A stretch of DNA of 50,285 nt from Candidatus Eiseniibacteriota bacterium (GTDB lineage: Bacteria; Eisenbacteria; RBG-16-71-46): contig JBGPFC010000030.1 in assembly GCA_041483195.1 (NCBI GenBank), positions 1-50,285 of the forward strand, given 5' to 3'. This document shows, one piece after another, positions 1-9,957 of this stretch. The notes beneath the pieces are model-generated. The model did not search any database. It was not told the DNA's origin and saw only the letters and a list, made by a program, of their open reading frames with translations. The position numbers and the translations under genes are program-made. Position 1 is the stretch's first letter; each line of letters begins with the position of its first letter.

Positions 1-235
1 GGTGGAAGACCGGAGCGAGCAGCTCGGGGCGCTTGAGCCAGTAGCTGGTGCGAAAGGTCTGCTCCGAGAAGTGACGCCGGCAGTGACAACACTGGAAACG
101 CTGGACCCGGCGCGGCGCCGCGGCGCGCGCAAAGAACCCGGCGCGCTTCCAGCGCCAGGCGGCGCGCGGGCCGCGATGAAACTCACAGCCGGGATTGGGA
201 CAGAAGGGGGGCGATCGGGGGCTGGCGAGCGGCAT
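1..235 (-). CDS. N-terminus of an IS1/IS1595-like zinc-ribbon (transposase-related) protein, running off the window edge
   Basis: Not in the ORF track. Manual translation from ATG at 235 gives MPLASPRSPPFCPNPGCEFHRG...RVQRFQCCHCRRHFSEQTFRTSYWLKRP, with a CPNPxC...QRFxCxxCxRxF zinc-ribbon pattern like InsA. Confidence 0.6.
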   Translation of the reverse strand, partial: MPLASPRSPPFCPNPGCEFHRGPRAAWRWKRAGFFARAAAPRRVQRFQCCHCRRHFSEQTFRTSYWLKRPELLAPVFH

Positions 236-394
236 GCGCGATCAGCTCTGCATCCCCCGCGCCAGCTGCATTCTTCGGAGCACAACCCGTCGCTTGAAGT
301 CACGAGCCTCCTCGGGCATACTCCCCGGCCGCTGTTCTACCCAGGCGGAGCGCCCGGCATCGGGCCGGGGAACGCCGCCGAATCGGAGATCGAC

Positions 395-655
395 ATGAAA
401 GCCGGAATCCATCCCGTCTACGAGCTGCGCACCTTCCACTGCTACGGCTGCAGCAGCGAGTGGCAGACGCGCACCACGATTCAGCCGCACAGCAGTGACG
501 GCAAGATCCACCTCGACATCTGCTCGAGCTGCCATCCGTTCTTCACCGGCAAGCAGAAGCTGATCGACAAGGCCGGCCGCGTCGAGCGCTTCCGCAAGCG
601 CTACGAGAAGAACGTGCCCGCGCCGGCGGCTCCGGTCGAAACCACGCAGAAGTAG
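395..655 (+). CDS. rpmE: 50S ribosomal protein L31 (Zn-binding C+ type)
   Basis: MKAGIHPVY...CYGC...DICSSCHPFFTGKQKLIDKAGRVERFRKRY; GGAG RBS upstream. Confidence 0.97.
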   Translation: MKAGIHPVYELRTFHCYGCSSEWQTRTTIQPHSSDGKIHLDICSSCHPFFTGKQKLIDKAGRVERFRKRYEKNVPAPAAPVETTQK

Positions 656-722
656 CGTCGCACGCACGGCTTCCGTTCCGGGCACCACCCGGCCGGGAGC
701 CGTGCTGCATTTTGGAGGCGCA

Positions 723-1655
723 GTGCCATTTCTCCCGGTCGGAGGACAAGCGGTCATCGAAGGCGTCATGATGCGCTCGCCGACGCGCATGGCCGTCGCG
801 GTGCGCCATCCCGACGGCTCGCTCGGCTACCTGGAGCGCCCGTTCGAGTCCATCACCCGCCGCGTGAAGGTGCTGGGGATTCCGGTCGTGCGCGGGGCGG
901 TCTCGCTGTTCGAGACCCTGTTCCTCGGCATCACGGCCCTCAACTTCAGCGCTGACGAGGCGGTGAAGGACGGCGCAGCGCCGAAGAAAACCTCGGTGTG
1001 GCAGAGCGCGGCGCAGGGCCTGATCGTCGTGCTCTCCCTCGGGCTGGGGGTGCTGCTGTTCGTGGTGCTGCCGGCCAGGCTCACCGCGGCGCTCGGAGCC
1101 TCGAGCCGCATCACGTTCGGACTCGTGGACGGCGCCTTCCGGCTGCTCGCCTTCGTGCTCTACCTGCTGCTGATCAGCCAGTGGAAGGAGATGGCGCGGG
1201 TGCTCGGGTATCACGGCGCCGAGCACAAGGCGATCCACGCGCTCGAGGCGGGCGCGCCGCTGAGCCCCGAGAGCGTCCAGACGTTCTCGCGCCTGCATCC
1301 GCGCTGCGGCACCACCTTTCTGTTCCTGGTCGTGCTGGTGAGCATCGTGGTGTTCACCTTCATCGGAAAGCCGAGGCACGTCGCGGAGCACCTGTTGCGG
1401 ATCGCGGCCATGCCGCTGATCGCGGGCGTCGCATTCGAATTCATCCGCCTCTCGGGGAAGTATTTCGAGAAGCCCTGGGTGCGGGCGCTGGTGTGGCCCG
1501 GCATGCAGTTCCAGCTCCTCACCACGCGCGAGCCCGACCTCACCATGTGCTCGGTCGCGATCGCCGCCCTCGAGCGCGTGCGCGGCGACGAGGCGGTGCT
1601 GGCGATCGAGCGCGCCGGCGTCAGCGCGCGCGCCGAGGTCGCGTTCATCCAATGA
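723..1655 (+). CDS. DUF1385 (YqhQ-like) membrane protein
   Basis: [33 protein letters not shown] and TTREP motifs; GTG at 723 follows GGAGG; typical rpmE-DUF1385-prfA-prmC context. Confidence 0.92.
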   Translation: MPFLPVGGQAVIEGVMMRSPTRMAVAVRHPDGSLGYLERPFESITRRVKVLGIPVVRGAVSLFETLFLGITALNFSADEAVKDGAAPKKTSVWQSAAQGLIVVLSLGLGVLLFVVLPARLTAALGASSRITFGLVDGAFRLLAFVLYLLLISQWKEMARVLGYHGAEHKAIHALEAGAPLSPESVQTFSRLHPRCGTTFLFLVVLVSIVVFTFIGKPRHVAEHLLRIAAMPLIAGVAFEFIRLSGKYFEKPWVRALVWPGMQFQLLTTREPDLTMCSVAIAALERVRGDEAVLAIERAGVSARAEVAFIQ

Positions 1656-2755
1656 GCGCCGCCGGCCCCGATTCCGCCATGTGGGACGCCCTCAAGAAGG
1701 TCGAGGCGCGCTTCGCCGAGCTGACCGACTTGCTCGGCCGTCCCGAGGTGGCGAGCGATCCGAAGCAGCTGCGCGAGCTGTCGAAGGAACGCTCGGTGCT
1801 CGAGCGCACCGTCCGCGCGACCGACGAGTACCGCCGGATCGAGCGCACCGTGGCGGACGACGAGCGCGCGATCGCGTCTGGCGACGCAGAGCTCTCGGAG
1901 CTGGCGCAGGCCGAGCTGCCCGAGCTGCGCGCGCGACTCGTCACGCTCGAATCCGAGCTCAAGGCCATGCTGCTGCCGCGCGATCCCGACGACGACAAGA
2001 ACGTGATCCTCGAGATCCGCGCCGGGACCGGCGGCGACGAGGCCTCGCTGTTCGCCGCCAATCTCTACCGCATGTACACCAGGCACGCCGAGCGGCGCGG
2101 CTGGCGGCTGGAAGTGCTGAGCTCGAGCACGACCGAGGTGGGCGGCATCAAGGAGATCATCCTCTCGCTCCAGGGCGAGGGCGTGTACCGCGAGATGAAG
2201 TTCGAGAGCGGCGTGCACCGCGTGCAGCGCGTGCCAGACACCGAGGCTTCGGGACGGATCCACACCTCGGCCGCAACGGTCGCGGTGCTGCCCGAGGTCG
2301 AGGACGTTGACATCGAGGTGCGCGAGCAGGACCTGCGCGTCGACGTCTATCGCGCCGGCGGCCCCGGCGGGCAGGGCGTCAACACCACCGACTCCGCGGT
2401 GCGCATCACCCACCTGCCAACCGGCGTGGTCGTGACCTGCCAGGACGAGCGCTCCCAGATCAAGAACCGCGCGAAGGCGATGAAGGTGCTGCGGGCGCGA
2501 CTCTACGACGCGAAGCTCCAGGAGACGCAGGCGAAGTACGCGGCGCATCGCAAGTCCCAGGTCTCGAGCGGCGACCGCAGCGCCAAGATCCGCACCTACA
2601 ATTTTCCGCAGGGCCGCGTCACCGATCACCGCATCAACCTCACGCTCTACCGCCTGAACGACGTGCTCGAGGGCGACATCGACGAGCTGGCCCGCGCGCT
2701 CCACGCCGCCGACACCGCGGAGCGGCTCGCCGCGATGGCGGAGTCGGGGCGCTAG
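1652..2755 (+). CDS. prfA: Peptide chain release factor 1
   Basis: [24 protein letters not shown] (PxT), [26 protein letters not shown]; start at 1652 or 1679. Confidence 0.97.
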   Translation: MSAAGPDSAMWDALKKVEARFAELTDLLGRPEVASDPKQLRELSKERSVLERTVRATDEYRRIERTVADDERAIASGDAELSELAQAELPELRARLVTLESELKAMLLPRDPDDDKNVILEIRAGTGGDEASLFAANLYRMYTRHAERRGWRLEVLSSSTTEVGGIKEIILSLQGEGVYREMKFESGVHRVQRVPDTEASGRIHTSAATVAVLPEVEDVDIEVREQDLRVDVYRAGGPGGQGVNTTDSAVRITHLPTGVVVTCQDERSQIKNRAKAMKVLRARLYDAKLQETQAKYAAHRKSQVSSGDRSAKIRTYNFPQGRVTDHRINLTLYRLNDVLEGDIDELARALHAADTAERLAAMAESGR

Positions 2756-2799
2756 GCGGGCGCACTGCCCGCACCCCGGCCCCGCGGAGCCTCGAGCCC

Positions 2800-3708
2800 A
2801 TGAGCGAGACGATCGCGGAGGCGTTGCGCGTCGCGCTCGCGCGTCTCGCGTCGCTGCCCACCGCGCGCGCCGACGCTGACGAGCTGGTGAGCCGCCTGCT
2901 CGGCGTCCCGCGCGCCGCGCTTCAGTTCGATCGCGGGCGCGCGCTCTCGCCCGCGCAATGGTCGCGCCTCGACGAATGGCTCGCGCGCCGCGCCGCGGGC
3001 GAGCCGGTGCAGTACATCACGGGCCGCGCGGCGTTTCGCGGGATCGATCTCGCGGTCGACCCGGGGGTGCTGATTCCCCGCCCGGAGACCGAGGGCCTGG
3101 TCGAGGCGGTGCTCGGGGTGCTGCGCGATGAAGCCGCGCGCTGGCGCGAGCCGCGCGTGCTCGATCTCGGCACCGGCTCCGGGGCGATCGCGCTCGCGAT
3201 CGCGGCCGAGCATGGAACCGCGCGCGTCACCGCCACCGACGCGAGCGAGCCGGCGCTCGCGACCGCACGCGCCAACGCCGCCGCGCTCGGGCTCGATGGA
3301 CGCGTCCAGTTCCTCGCGGGCGACTGGCTCGATGCGCTCGGCGGCGACGACCGGTTCGAGGTCATCGTCTCGAACCCGCCCTACATCGCGACCGGCGAGT
3401 GGGAGGCGCTTCCGCACGACGTGCGCGCATTCGAGCCGCAACTCGCCCTGTTCTCGGGATCGAGCGGGCTCGAAGACCTGCGCGAGATCGTGGAGAGCGC
3501 GCCACGGCACCTGGTCGCGGGCGGCTGGCTCGCGCTCGAGCTGGCTGAGGCGCGCGCGGCCGAGGTCGCGGGCTGGCTCGATGGGGCGCACGACTGGAGC
3601 GAGGTGCGGCTGCTGGACGACCTCGCCGGGCGGCCGCGCGTGCTGCTCGCGCGGCGCGAGCGCGGCCCCGCGATCGCCCCCGCGCAGTGGGAAGAAGAGC
3701 GGCGCTGA
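2800..3708 (+). CDS. prmC: Release factor glutamine methyltransferase (HemK)
   Basis: LIPRPETE, DLGTGSG and SNPPY motifs; follows prfA. Confidence 0.96.
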   Translation: MSETIAEALRVALARLASLPTARADADELVSRLLGVPRAALQFDRGRALSPAQWSRLDEWLARRAAGEPVQYITGRAAFRGIDLAVDPGVLIPRPETEGLVEAVLGVLRDEAARWREPRVLDLGTGSGAIALAIAAEHGTARVTATDASEPALATARANAAALGLDGRVQFLAGDWLDALGGDDRFEVIVSNPPYIATGEWEALPHDVRAFEPQLALFSGSSGLEDLREIVESAPRHLVAGGWLALELAEARAAEVAGWLDGAHDWSEVRLLDDLAGRPRVLLARRERGPAIAPAQWEEERR

Positions 3709-3772
3709 AGGCGCCGGGCGCGCGGCTCATCGCGCGCGCCGCGCGGCCCCGACGCCGTCCGCGCCCCGATCG

Positions 3773-4675
3773 TCAGTGGTAGTGCGAGTCCATCTCGCCG
3801 GCGCGGATCGCGACCTTGAGCGTGTTGGCCTTCGGCGGGATCGGACAGTTGTAGTGCTCAGAGACCGCGCACGCGGGGTTGTACGCGTTGTTGAAGTCGA
3901 GCACGAAGCGTCCGTCCGAGAGCGGCTCGACGTCTACGTAACGGCCCATTCCGTACGATTCCTTCCCGCTGGTCGCGTCGCGGAAGAAGACGCTGAGGTC
4001 CTTCTCGCCGACGCCGGGCTCCAGCAGCCGCGTCGCCTCGAGGCGGCACTTCTTCTTGCCCACCGTGAAGTCGAACCACCCCACGCGCAGCGCGTGGCGC
4101 TGATTGCCGCGCGTCGAGAGGATGATGACGGTGTCGGGCTTCGGATTGGGCGTGAGCGCCAGCACGTAACGGTACGAGAAGGTCACCGGGAACCAGTTCA
4201 GCCCCTTGTACTGTCCGAAGCGCGGGTTGTTCGGATCGAACACGATGATCGCCGGGAATCGCTGGTGGGAGAGGCGCAGCATGAAGCGCCCGACCCCGAT
4301 CCCGCCCGGCGCCACGGTCGCCGCCCGAACCGCGGTCTTGCCGACCCGAAAGTACGCGGTGTCGTCGAGCGCCTCGACGCGGAACGAATCTCCGGCCACC
4401 GACACCTGCAAATGATTCGGCGCGATCTCGGGGTCGTCGATGCGCACGTCGTTCCCCACCTCGCGGCCGACGGTCAGCGTCGTCCGGTAGCCGAAGTCGC
4501 GGCGCTGGACCGTGGCCAGGTAGGAGTTGGGCGCGCTCTTGAGCCAGTCCCTCGTATCATCGCGGTCCTTCGTGATCGCGCGGGTGAGCGAGTCGGCCGT
4601 GAGCGTGTCGACATGGGCCGGCGCCGCGGGCTTGACGGCGGCCAGAGTCGCGAGCGTGGCGAGCAGGACGAGCAT
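3773..4675 (-). CDS. DUF1684 family secreted protein
   Basis: Signal peptide; FRDATSGKESYGMGRY and LDFNNAYNPACA..YNCPIPP motifs. Confidence 0.88.
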   Translation of the reverse strand: MLVLLATLATLAAVKPAAPAHVDTLTADSLTRAITKDRDDTRDWLKSAPNSYLATVQRRDFGYRTTLTVGREVGNDVRIDDPEIAPNHLQVSVAGDSFRVEALDDTAYFRVGKTAVRAATVAPGGIGVGRFMLRLSHQRFPAIIVFDPNNPRFGQYKGLNWFPVTFSYRYVLALTPNPKPDTVIILSTRGNQRHALRVGWFDFTVGKKKCRLEATRLLEPGVGEKDLSVFFRDATSGKESYGMGRYVDVEPLSDGRFVLDFNNAYNPACAVSEHYNCPIPPKANTLKVAIRAGEMDSHYH

Positions 4676-4944
4676 CGGATTCTCCGGTAGGTGTGGTATG
4701 AGCTGGCGAGCGCAGCATACGACGCGCCCTCGTTCCGCGCCACGCCTCCGCCATTGATTTCCCCCACGCACCTGCCGATAATGCCGTCACAGTTCCGCAC
4801 GAACGCTCCCACTGCATCGGTCCCGTGAGCGGTTCCGCGAGAGGACCAGGAAGGACACGCCCCATGGATGTGGCGGCCCGAGCCCATCACGCATCATCCG
4901 CACCGAACGGCGCGACAACCTCCGAGGCCAGCGAACCCACCACC

Positions 4945-6198
4945 ATGGACGCCCTCGTCATCCGCGGCGGCAAGCGCCTGAGCGGCCGGGTCGAGATCAG
5001 CGGCGCCAAGAACGCCGCGCTTCCGATGATGGCGGCCACCCTGCTGGTGCCTGGCGTGCACACGCTCCGCAACGTGCCGCTGCTGCGCGACACGCAGACC
5101 ATGGCGCGCGTGCTCGAGCAGCTCGGGGCGCGGGTCGAATTCCGCGGCCACGCGTGCAAGATCGACACCTCCAACGTGACCTCGGTCGAGGCCCCGTACG
5201 ACCTGGTGCGCACCATGCGCGCCAGCATCTACGTGCTCGGTCCGCTGCTCGCGCGTTTCGGAGCGGCGCGGGTCTCGCTCCCGGGCGGCTGCGCGTGGGG
5301 ACCGCGGCCCGTGAACCTCCATCTCGAGGGGCTGAAGGCGATGAACGCCCAGCTCGAGATCGATCACGGCTACATCGTCGGCCGCGGCGTGAAGCTCAAG
5401 GGCGCGACCTTCGACTTCGACGTGGTCTCGGTGGGCGCGACGGCGCAGCTCATGATGGCCGCCGTGCTCGCCGAAGGCACCACGGTGCTCGACAACGTCG
5501 CGATCGAGCCCGACATCACCGAGCTGGGCAACGTGCTCCGCCAGTGCGGCGCGCAGATCGAAGGGCTCGGGACCCGCAAGCTGGTGATTCGCGGCGTGAA
5601 CGCGCTGACGCCGATCGACACCAACATCATTCCCGACCGCATCGAGGGCGCGACCTTCCTGGCGATGGGCGCGATCACCGGCGGCAGCGTCACGCTCGAG
5701 CGCTGCGAGGCGGGCGACATGGCGGCGGCGATCCACAAGCTCGAGGAGACGGGCTGCGAGGTGCTGCCCGGTAATCGCGAGATCACCCTCACCGGGCCGC
5801 GGCGTCCGAAGGCGGTGGACGTGACGACCGCGCCTTTCCCGGGATTCCCGACCGACATGCAGGCGCAGATGATGGCGGTGTGCTCGATCGCGGAGGGCAC
5901 CAGCGTCATCACCGACACGATCTACCTCGATCGCTTCACGCACGTGCCAGAGCTCACGCGGCTCGGGGCCAACATCGAGCTGAAGGGCAACGCCGCCGTG
6001 GTGCGCGGCGTCGACCACCTCTCGGGCGCACCCGTCATGGCGACCGACATCCGCGCCAGCGCGGCGCTGGTGCTCGCGGCGCTGGTCGCCGAGGGCGAGA
6101 CCCGCATCTCCCGCATCTACCACCTCGATCGCGGCTACGAGTCGCTCGATCAGAAGCTCGTGAAGCTCGGGGCGAGCGTGGAGCGCGTGAGGGAATAG
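4945..6198 (+). CDS. murA: UDP-N-acetylglucosamine 1-carboxyvinyltransferase
   Basis: SGAKNAALP, MRAS, LPGGCAWGPRP (active-site Cys retained), PGFPTDMQAQ, HLDRGYE. Confidence 0.97.
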   Translation: MDALVIRGGKRLSGRVEISGAKNAALPMMAATLLVPGVHTLRNVPLLRDTQTMARVLEQLGARVEFRGHACKIDTSNVTSVEAPYDLVRTMRASIYVLGPLLARFGAARVSLPGGCAWGPRPVNLHLEGLKAMNAQLEIDHGYIVGRGVKLKGATFDFDVVSVGATAQLMMAAVLAEGTTVLDNVAIEPDITELGNVLRQCGAQIEGLGTRKLVIRGVNALTPIDTNIIPDRIEGATFLAMGAITGGSVTLERCEAGDMAAAIHKLEETGCEVLPGNREITLTGPRRPKAVDVTTAPFPGFPTDMQAQMMAVCSIAEGTSVITDTIYLDRFTHVPELTRLGANIELKGNAAVVRGVDHLSGAPVMATDIRASAALVLAALVAEGETRISRIYHLDRGYESLDQKLVKLGASVERVRE

Positions 6199-6911
6199 TG
6201 CGCGAGCCGCGCCCGGTCTCCCCGTTGCGCCGTGCCGCGGGAGTGGCCATCGGCCTCGCGCTGATCGCGGGCGCCGATTTCGCCCACGGGGCGGCGGGCG
6301 AGCGGCGCCCGCCCGCGCGGAAGTCCGCGCCGCCCGCGCGCGTCGCCCCCGAATCCACTCCGCCCATTCGATTCGAGGGCCGCCTCGCGAGCGGCGAGCG
6401 CTTCGAGCGCGCGCTGCCGCGCGGCATGCGCTTCGTGCTGGAACCCGAGAGCATGGGGGGCGCGACGTCGCTCGGGTGGGACATCCGGGTGCTGCCCGCC
6501 GGCACCGACACCGCCGACTACGCCGGCGTCGCGACGCCGCCCTATCGCGGAGTGAACGACCTCCAGCTGATGGGCTGGCACTTCCGCAACGCGGCGAACA
6601 CCGGGCCCAACCGCGGAGACGTGAACGCCCCGCAGGAACGGCGCGAGTTCTATTTCGCGGCCAGCGCCGCGGACTACCGCGCGATGTCGGCCGCGCTCGA
6701 CATCGTGATGTGGCCGGGCGACCGCTCCGACGCGGTGGTGGATAGCGCGCTCGCCACCCTCGAGGGGCCGGGGCGCGGGGAGGGCACGTTGCGCGTGACC
6801 CGGCTCTGGCTCGGCCACCTGGTCGCCGGGGAGCAGGCCTGGATCGACTCGATGCGCTTCGAGGTCGAGCTGCAGCTCCCCGCCGCGCGGCCCGGCCCGC
6901 CGCCGCGTTGA
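6198..6911 (+). CDS. Hypothetical exported protein
   Basis: GTG overlaps the murA stop; hydrophobic N-terminal stretch; coding-like composition. Confidence 0.6.
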   Translation: MREPRPVSPLRRAAGVAIGLALIAGADFAHGAAGERRPPARKSAPPARVAPESTPPIRFEGRLASGERFERALPRGMRFVLEPESMGGATSLGWDIRVLPAGTDTADYAGVATPPYRGVNDLQLMGWHFRNAANTGPNRGDVNAPQERREFYFAASAADYRAMSAALDIVMWPGDRSDAVVDSALATLEGPGRGEGTLRVTRLWLGHLVAGEQAWIDSMRFEVELQLPAARPGPPPR

Positions 6912-6974
6912 CCCTGGGCCCGCGGGCGCCGATGCGATTTCTTCCCGTGGCGGCGCGGCGGTAGAGTCCGCTGC

Positions 6975-7886
6975 ATGCTCACCGCGCTGTCACGCCTCGC
7001 GACCACCGGGCTGCTGCTCGGCGCGCTCGCCGGGGTCGCGCGCGCGGAGCCTCCCTACCGGCTCGTCGATTCGACAGCTATCGAGATGCCGACTCCGGGC
7101 CGCGCCGCGCTGTATCTGACGCGCGAGCAGCTCGCGCGTGCCACGCCGCTCAAGCCGGAGGCGCTGTTTCTCGACGGCGTCCCGCTCGGCTACCTGCCGC
7201 AACGCTCGTTCCTAGGGTCGGATTCGCTCGCGCCGGGCCAGCATTGTCTCGCCGGGCTCGCGGGCATGCCCGAGTTCTGCATGCGGGTGCGCGCCGGGGA
7301 GCGCGTGCTGCTGAGGCTGCGCGAGATCGTCGACGCGGACGACCACCTGGCCATGGAATGGCTGCGTGACGACCCCGATCGCATCGAGTCGCTCGCGCGC
7401 GACGGGCCGCTGCGGCGCGCCATCACCACGCCGCAGGGCATGCGGGTCCTGGCCCGGCACACCGCGCACCGGGTCACCTCCGCGGAGCCGGCGCTCGCGT
7501 CCGCGCCGCTGCCGATCACGCTCGATGAGGCGTGGCTGGAGATCGCGACGGAGTCGGAAGACGGATCGAGCCTGCGCCATCGCGCCAGCTGGCGGCTGGT
7601 CGTCGATTCGATCAGCGTGCACGCGATTTCGAACCGCTACGCGCTCGACGTGCCCATCTCGGGGATCCGGCGCGTCCATTTCGGCGGCGTGCGGCAGGGG
7701 AGCCCCAATCCCTGGATCGAGATCGAGTACGGCAACGACGGCGAGACGCGGATCGTCGCGTTCGCGGACTCGCGGCCCGAGAGCGCAACGCGCAGCTACA
7801 ACGCGATCTTCGGCGCGCTGCGCGAGCTGCGCCTCGCGCGGGCGATCGAGAGCGCCGCGCCCGATTCGGCGGGCGCGCCGCGCTAG
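6975..7886 (+). CDS. Hypothetical exported protein
   Basis: Signal peptide MLTALSRLATTGLLLGALAGVARA; fills the gap between neighbours. Confidence 0.65.
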   Translation: MLTALSRLATTGLLLGALAGVARAEPPYRLVDSTAIEMPTPGRAALYLTREQLARATPLKPEALFLDGVPLGYLPQRSFLGSDSLAPGQHCLAGLAGMPEFCMRVRAGERVLLRLREIVDADDHLAMEWLRDDPDRIESLARDGPLRRAITTPQGMRVLARHTAHRVTSAEPALASAPLPITLDEAWLEIATESEDGSSLRHRASWRLVVDSISVHAISNRYALDVPISGIRRVHFGGVRQGSPNPWIEIEYGNDGETRIVAFADSRPESATRSYNAIFGALRELRLARAIESAAPDSAGAPR

Positions 7887-7904
7887 CACGCGCGCCCTCC
7901 GGCC

Positions 7905-9812
7905 TCAGGGCCCGCCGCGGGCCCGCATGATCGCGGCCGCGAGCCGGCGGCTCGGGCCGTGATTGGGATCGAACCGCAGCACGCTGTCCACCTGCACAGC
8001 GGCCTCGCGCAGATCGCGGCGCTGGTACGCCACGAACGCGAGCGCGAAGTGGCCGTAGACATTTTCCGGCCACAGCGCGCAGCCGCGGCGGGCCTCCAGC
8101 TCGGCGGGCTCGAGCTGGTGCAGGAACGCCAGCACCGTCCCGCGCTCGCCCGCGAGCTGCGCCGCGAACAGCACCGCGTTGGGGTCGCGCTGCAGCGAGT
8201 CGGCGCGATGGAGCCCGGCGAGCGCCGCGATCCAATCCGCGCGTCCCACCGCGTCGATCGCTTCGAGCAGATTGCGCATCGCGTCGGGCTCGACCAGCGC
8301 GATCTGCGGATGCCGGTCGGGCTCGAACTCCGCGATGGTCACGAGCGGGATGTCGTGGTGCCGCACCAGCTCGGAATACGCGACCCAGCTCAGCGTGCTG
8401 TCGCGATACCAGACTTGAAGCGAACGCGCGCCCTCGTACGCATAGTCCGCGTGGCGCGGCAGATGGTAGAGGCCGACCCGGCCGCCGCGCGGCAGCGTGG
8501 GGTAGCGCTCCGCGAGCGCCCCGCGCGTCTCGCGCATCAGGCGCTGTAGCCGCGTGAGGCGCTCGAAGTCGATGAACGCCCCGGTGTCGGGCGCCCGCTT
8601 CTCGATCTCGCGCCGCGGTGAGGGGCTCAAGGAGAACGCGGTGAGCCGCAGCGCCACCAGCGCGGCGAGCAGCGCGGGATGCGCGGCGCCGCACAGCGCG
8701 GTGGCCGCGACGCCGAATCCCACCGCGCCGTACGCGCAGCGGTAGGGCGCCCAGATCGGGAATACGGGCGTCATGGTGGCCGCGGCGATCGCGAACCACG
8801 CGACGCCCCAGCCCGCCGCGGGGAGCAGGCGCCGCAGCGCCCCGTCGCGGCGCCCGCGTCTCAGCGTCATCGCCAGCGCGACCGCGAACAGCGCGAACGC
8901 CGCGATCACGACCGGCCACTCCCACGCCGCGTGCGTCTCGCCGGTCGGCAGGCTGAACAGCGCGCGCGCGCAATGCTCGATCGCCCACCAGATGCGCCCG
9001 AGCAGCGGGGTCGCGCTCACCTGGGCGCTCGCCTCCGCCTGATGCGGGATGTGGAGCCCCGCGTGCTGGCGCACCGCCGCGTAGGCCAGCCCCCAGGCCG
9101 CGACCAGCGCGCCCGTCGCGGCGGCCCAGCGCACGCGCTCGCGGCGATCGTGCGCGCCCGGCATCCACGGAATGAGCAGCGCCGCGACCACCGCGACCTC
9201 CTTGCAGAGCAGCGCCGCCAGCAGCGCGAGCAGCGTCGTCCACAGCCGCCGCGCCGCCGCCTCGTGAATCGCGATCGCGGTGAAGACCCACGCGCCGAGG
9301 TCCACGATCTGGCTCGGCCACGCGATCAGGCCGCGCGTGGATTCCGAGAGCAGCGGAAAGCTCGCGACCGCAGCGGACCACGGCCCGGGCCACGTGCGGC
9401 GCAACGCGCGATAGACCAGCAGCGATGCGAGCGCGAGCAGCGCGGCGTGAAACCCGGCGATCACGCCCGGGTGGGAGAGGATCACGCCCGCCATCGCCTG
9501 GAAGTAGACCTGGTGTGCGAGCGGCCGCCAGAACGCTGCCGAGCCGCCGCCGTCGAACAGCGAATGCGTTCCGGAGAACAGCGCGCGGTGGAGGAAATCG
9601 AAATCGTCCGCGACCGGCTCGCCGAGCGGGGCCCCGAGCGAATGCAGCACCACCGGGATCACCGCGAGCGCGCTCGCCCACGCCCAGCGGTCGCGCCATG
9701 GCGGGGGCGCTGGCGCGGGCGGCGCGGGCGCGCTCGCGCGGGCGGGAGCCTCGCCCGCGGCGCGCGCCGCCGGGCGCGGGCTCCTCGATTCGGAGCGTCG
9801 GCGCGGCTTCAT
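7905..9812 (-). CDS. Multi-pass membrane protein, GT-C/TMTC-like glycosyltransferase candidate with C-terminal TPR-like helices
   Basis: Many TM segments; ADDFDFL acidic loop, FWRPL and LLCKE motifs; TPR-like C-terminus. Confidence 0.65.
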   Translation of the reverse strand: MKPRRRSESRSPRPAARAAGEAPARASAPAPPAPAPPPWRDRWAWASALAVIPVVLHSLGAPLGEPVADDFDFLHRALFSGTHSLFDGGGSAAFWRPLAHQVYFQAMAGVILSHPGVIAGFHAALLALASLLVYRALRRTWPGPWSAAVASFPLLSESTRGLIAWPSQIVDLGAWVFTAIAIHEAAARRLWTTLLALLAALLCKEVAVVAALLIPWMPGAHDRRERVRWAAATGALVAAWGLAYAAVRQHAGLHIPHQAEASAQVSATPLLGRIWWAIEHCARALFSLPTGETHAAWEWPVVIAAFALFAVALAMTLRRGRRDGALRRLLPAAGWGVAWFAIAAATMTPVFPIWAPYRCAYGAVGFGVAATALCGAAHPALLAALVALRLTAFSLSPSPRREIEKRAPDTGAFIDFERLTRLQRLMRETRGALAERYPTLPRGGRVGLYHLPRHADYAYEGARSLQVWYRDSTLSWVAYSELVRHHDIPLVTIAEFEPDRHPQIALVEPDAMRNLLEAIDAVGRADWIAALAGLHRADSLQRDPNAVLFAAQLAGERGTVLAFLHQLEPAELEARRGCALWPENVYGHFALAFVAYQRRDLREAAVQVDSVLRFDPNHGPSRRLAAAIMRARGGP

Positions 9813-9957
9813 GGTGGCGCATGCTCGCACGAGCAGGGCCCGCGTGCTACCGCGCCCGTGCCGCGCGGGCGGCGCTTCGAACCGCCGCGAGTCCCCCCGC
9901 ACGGATGCCGCGGCGCGCCATCCGCTCCATCCTCGGTTCGTCTACAATGCGCGCGCC

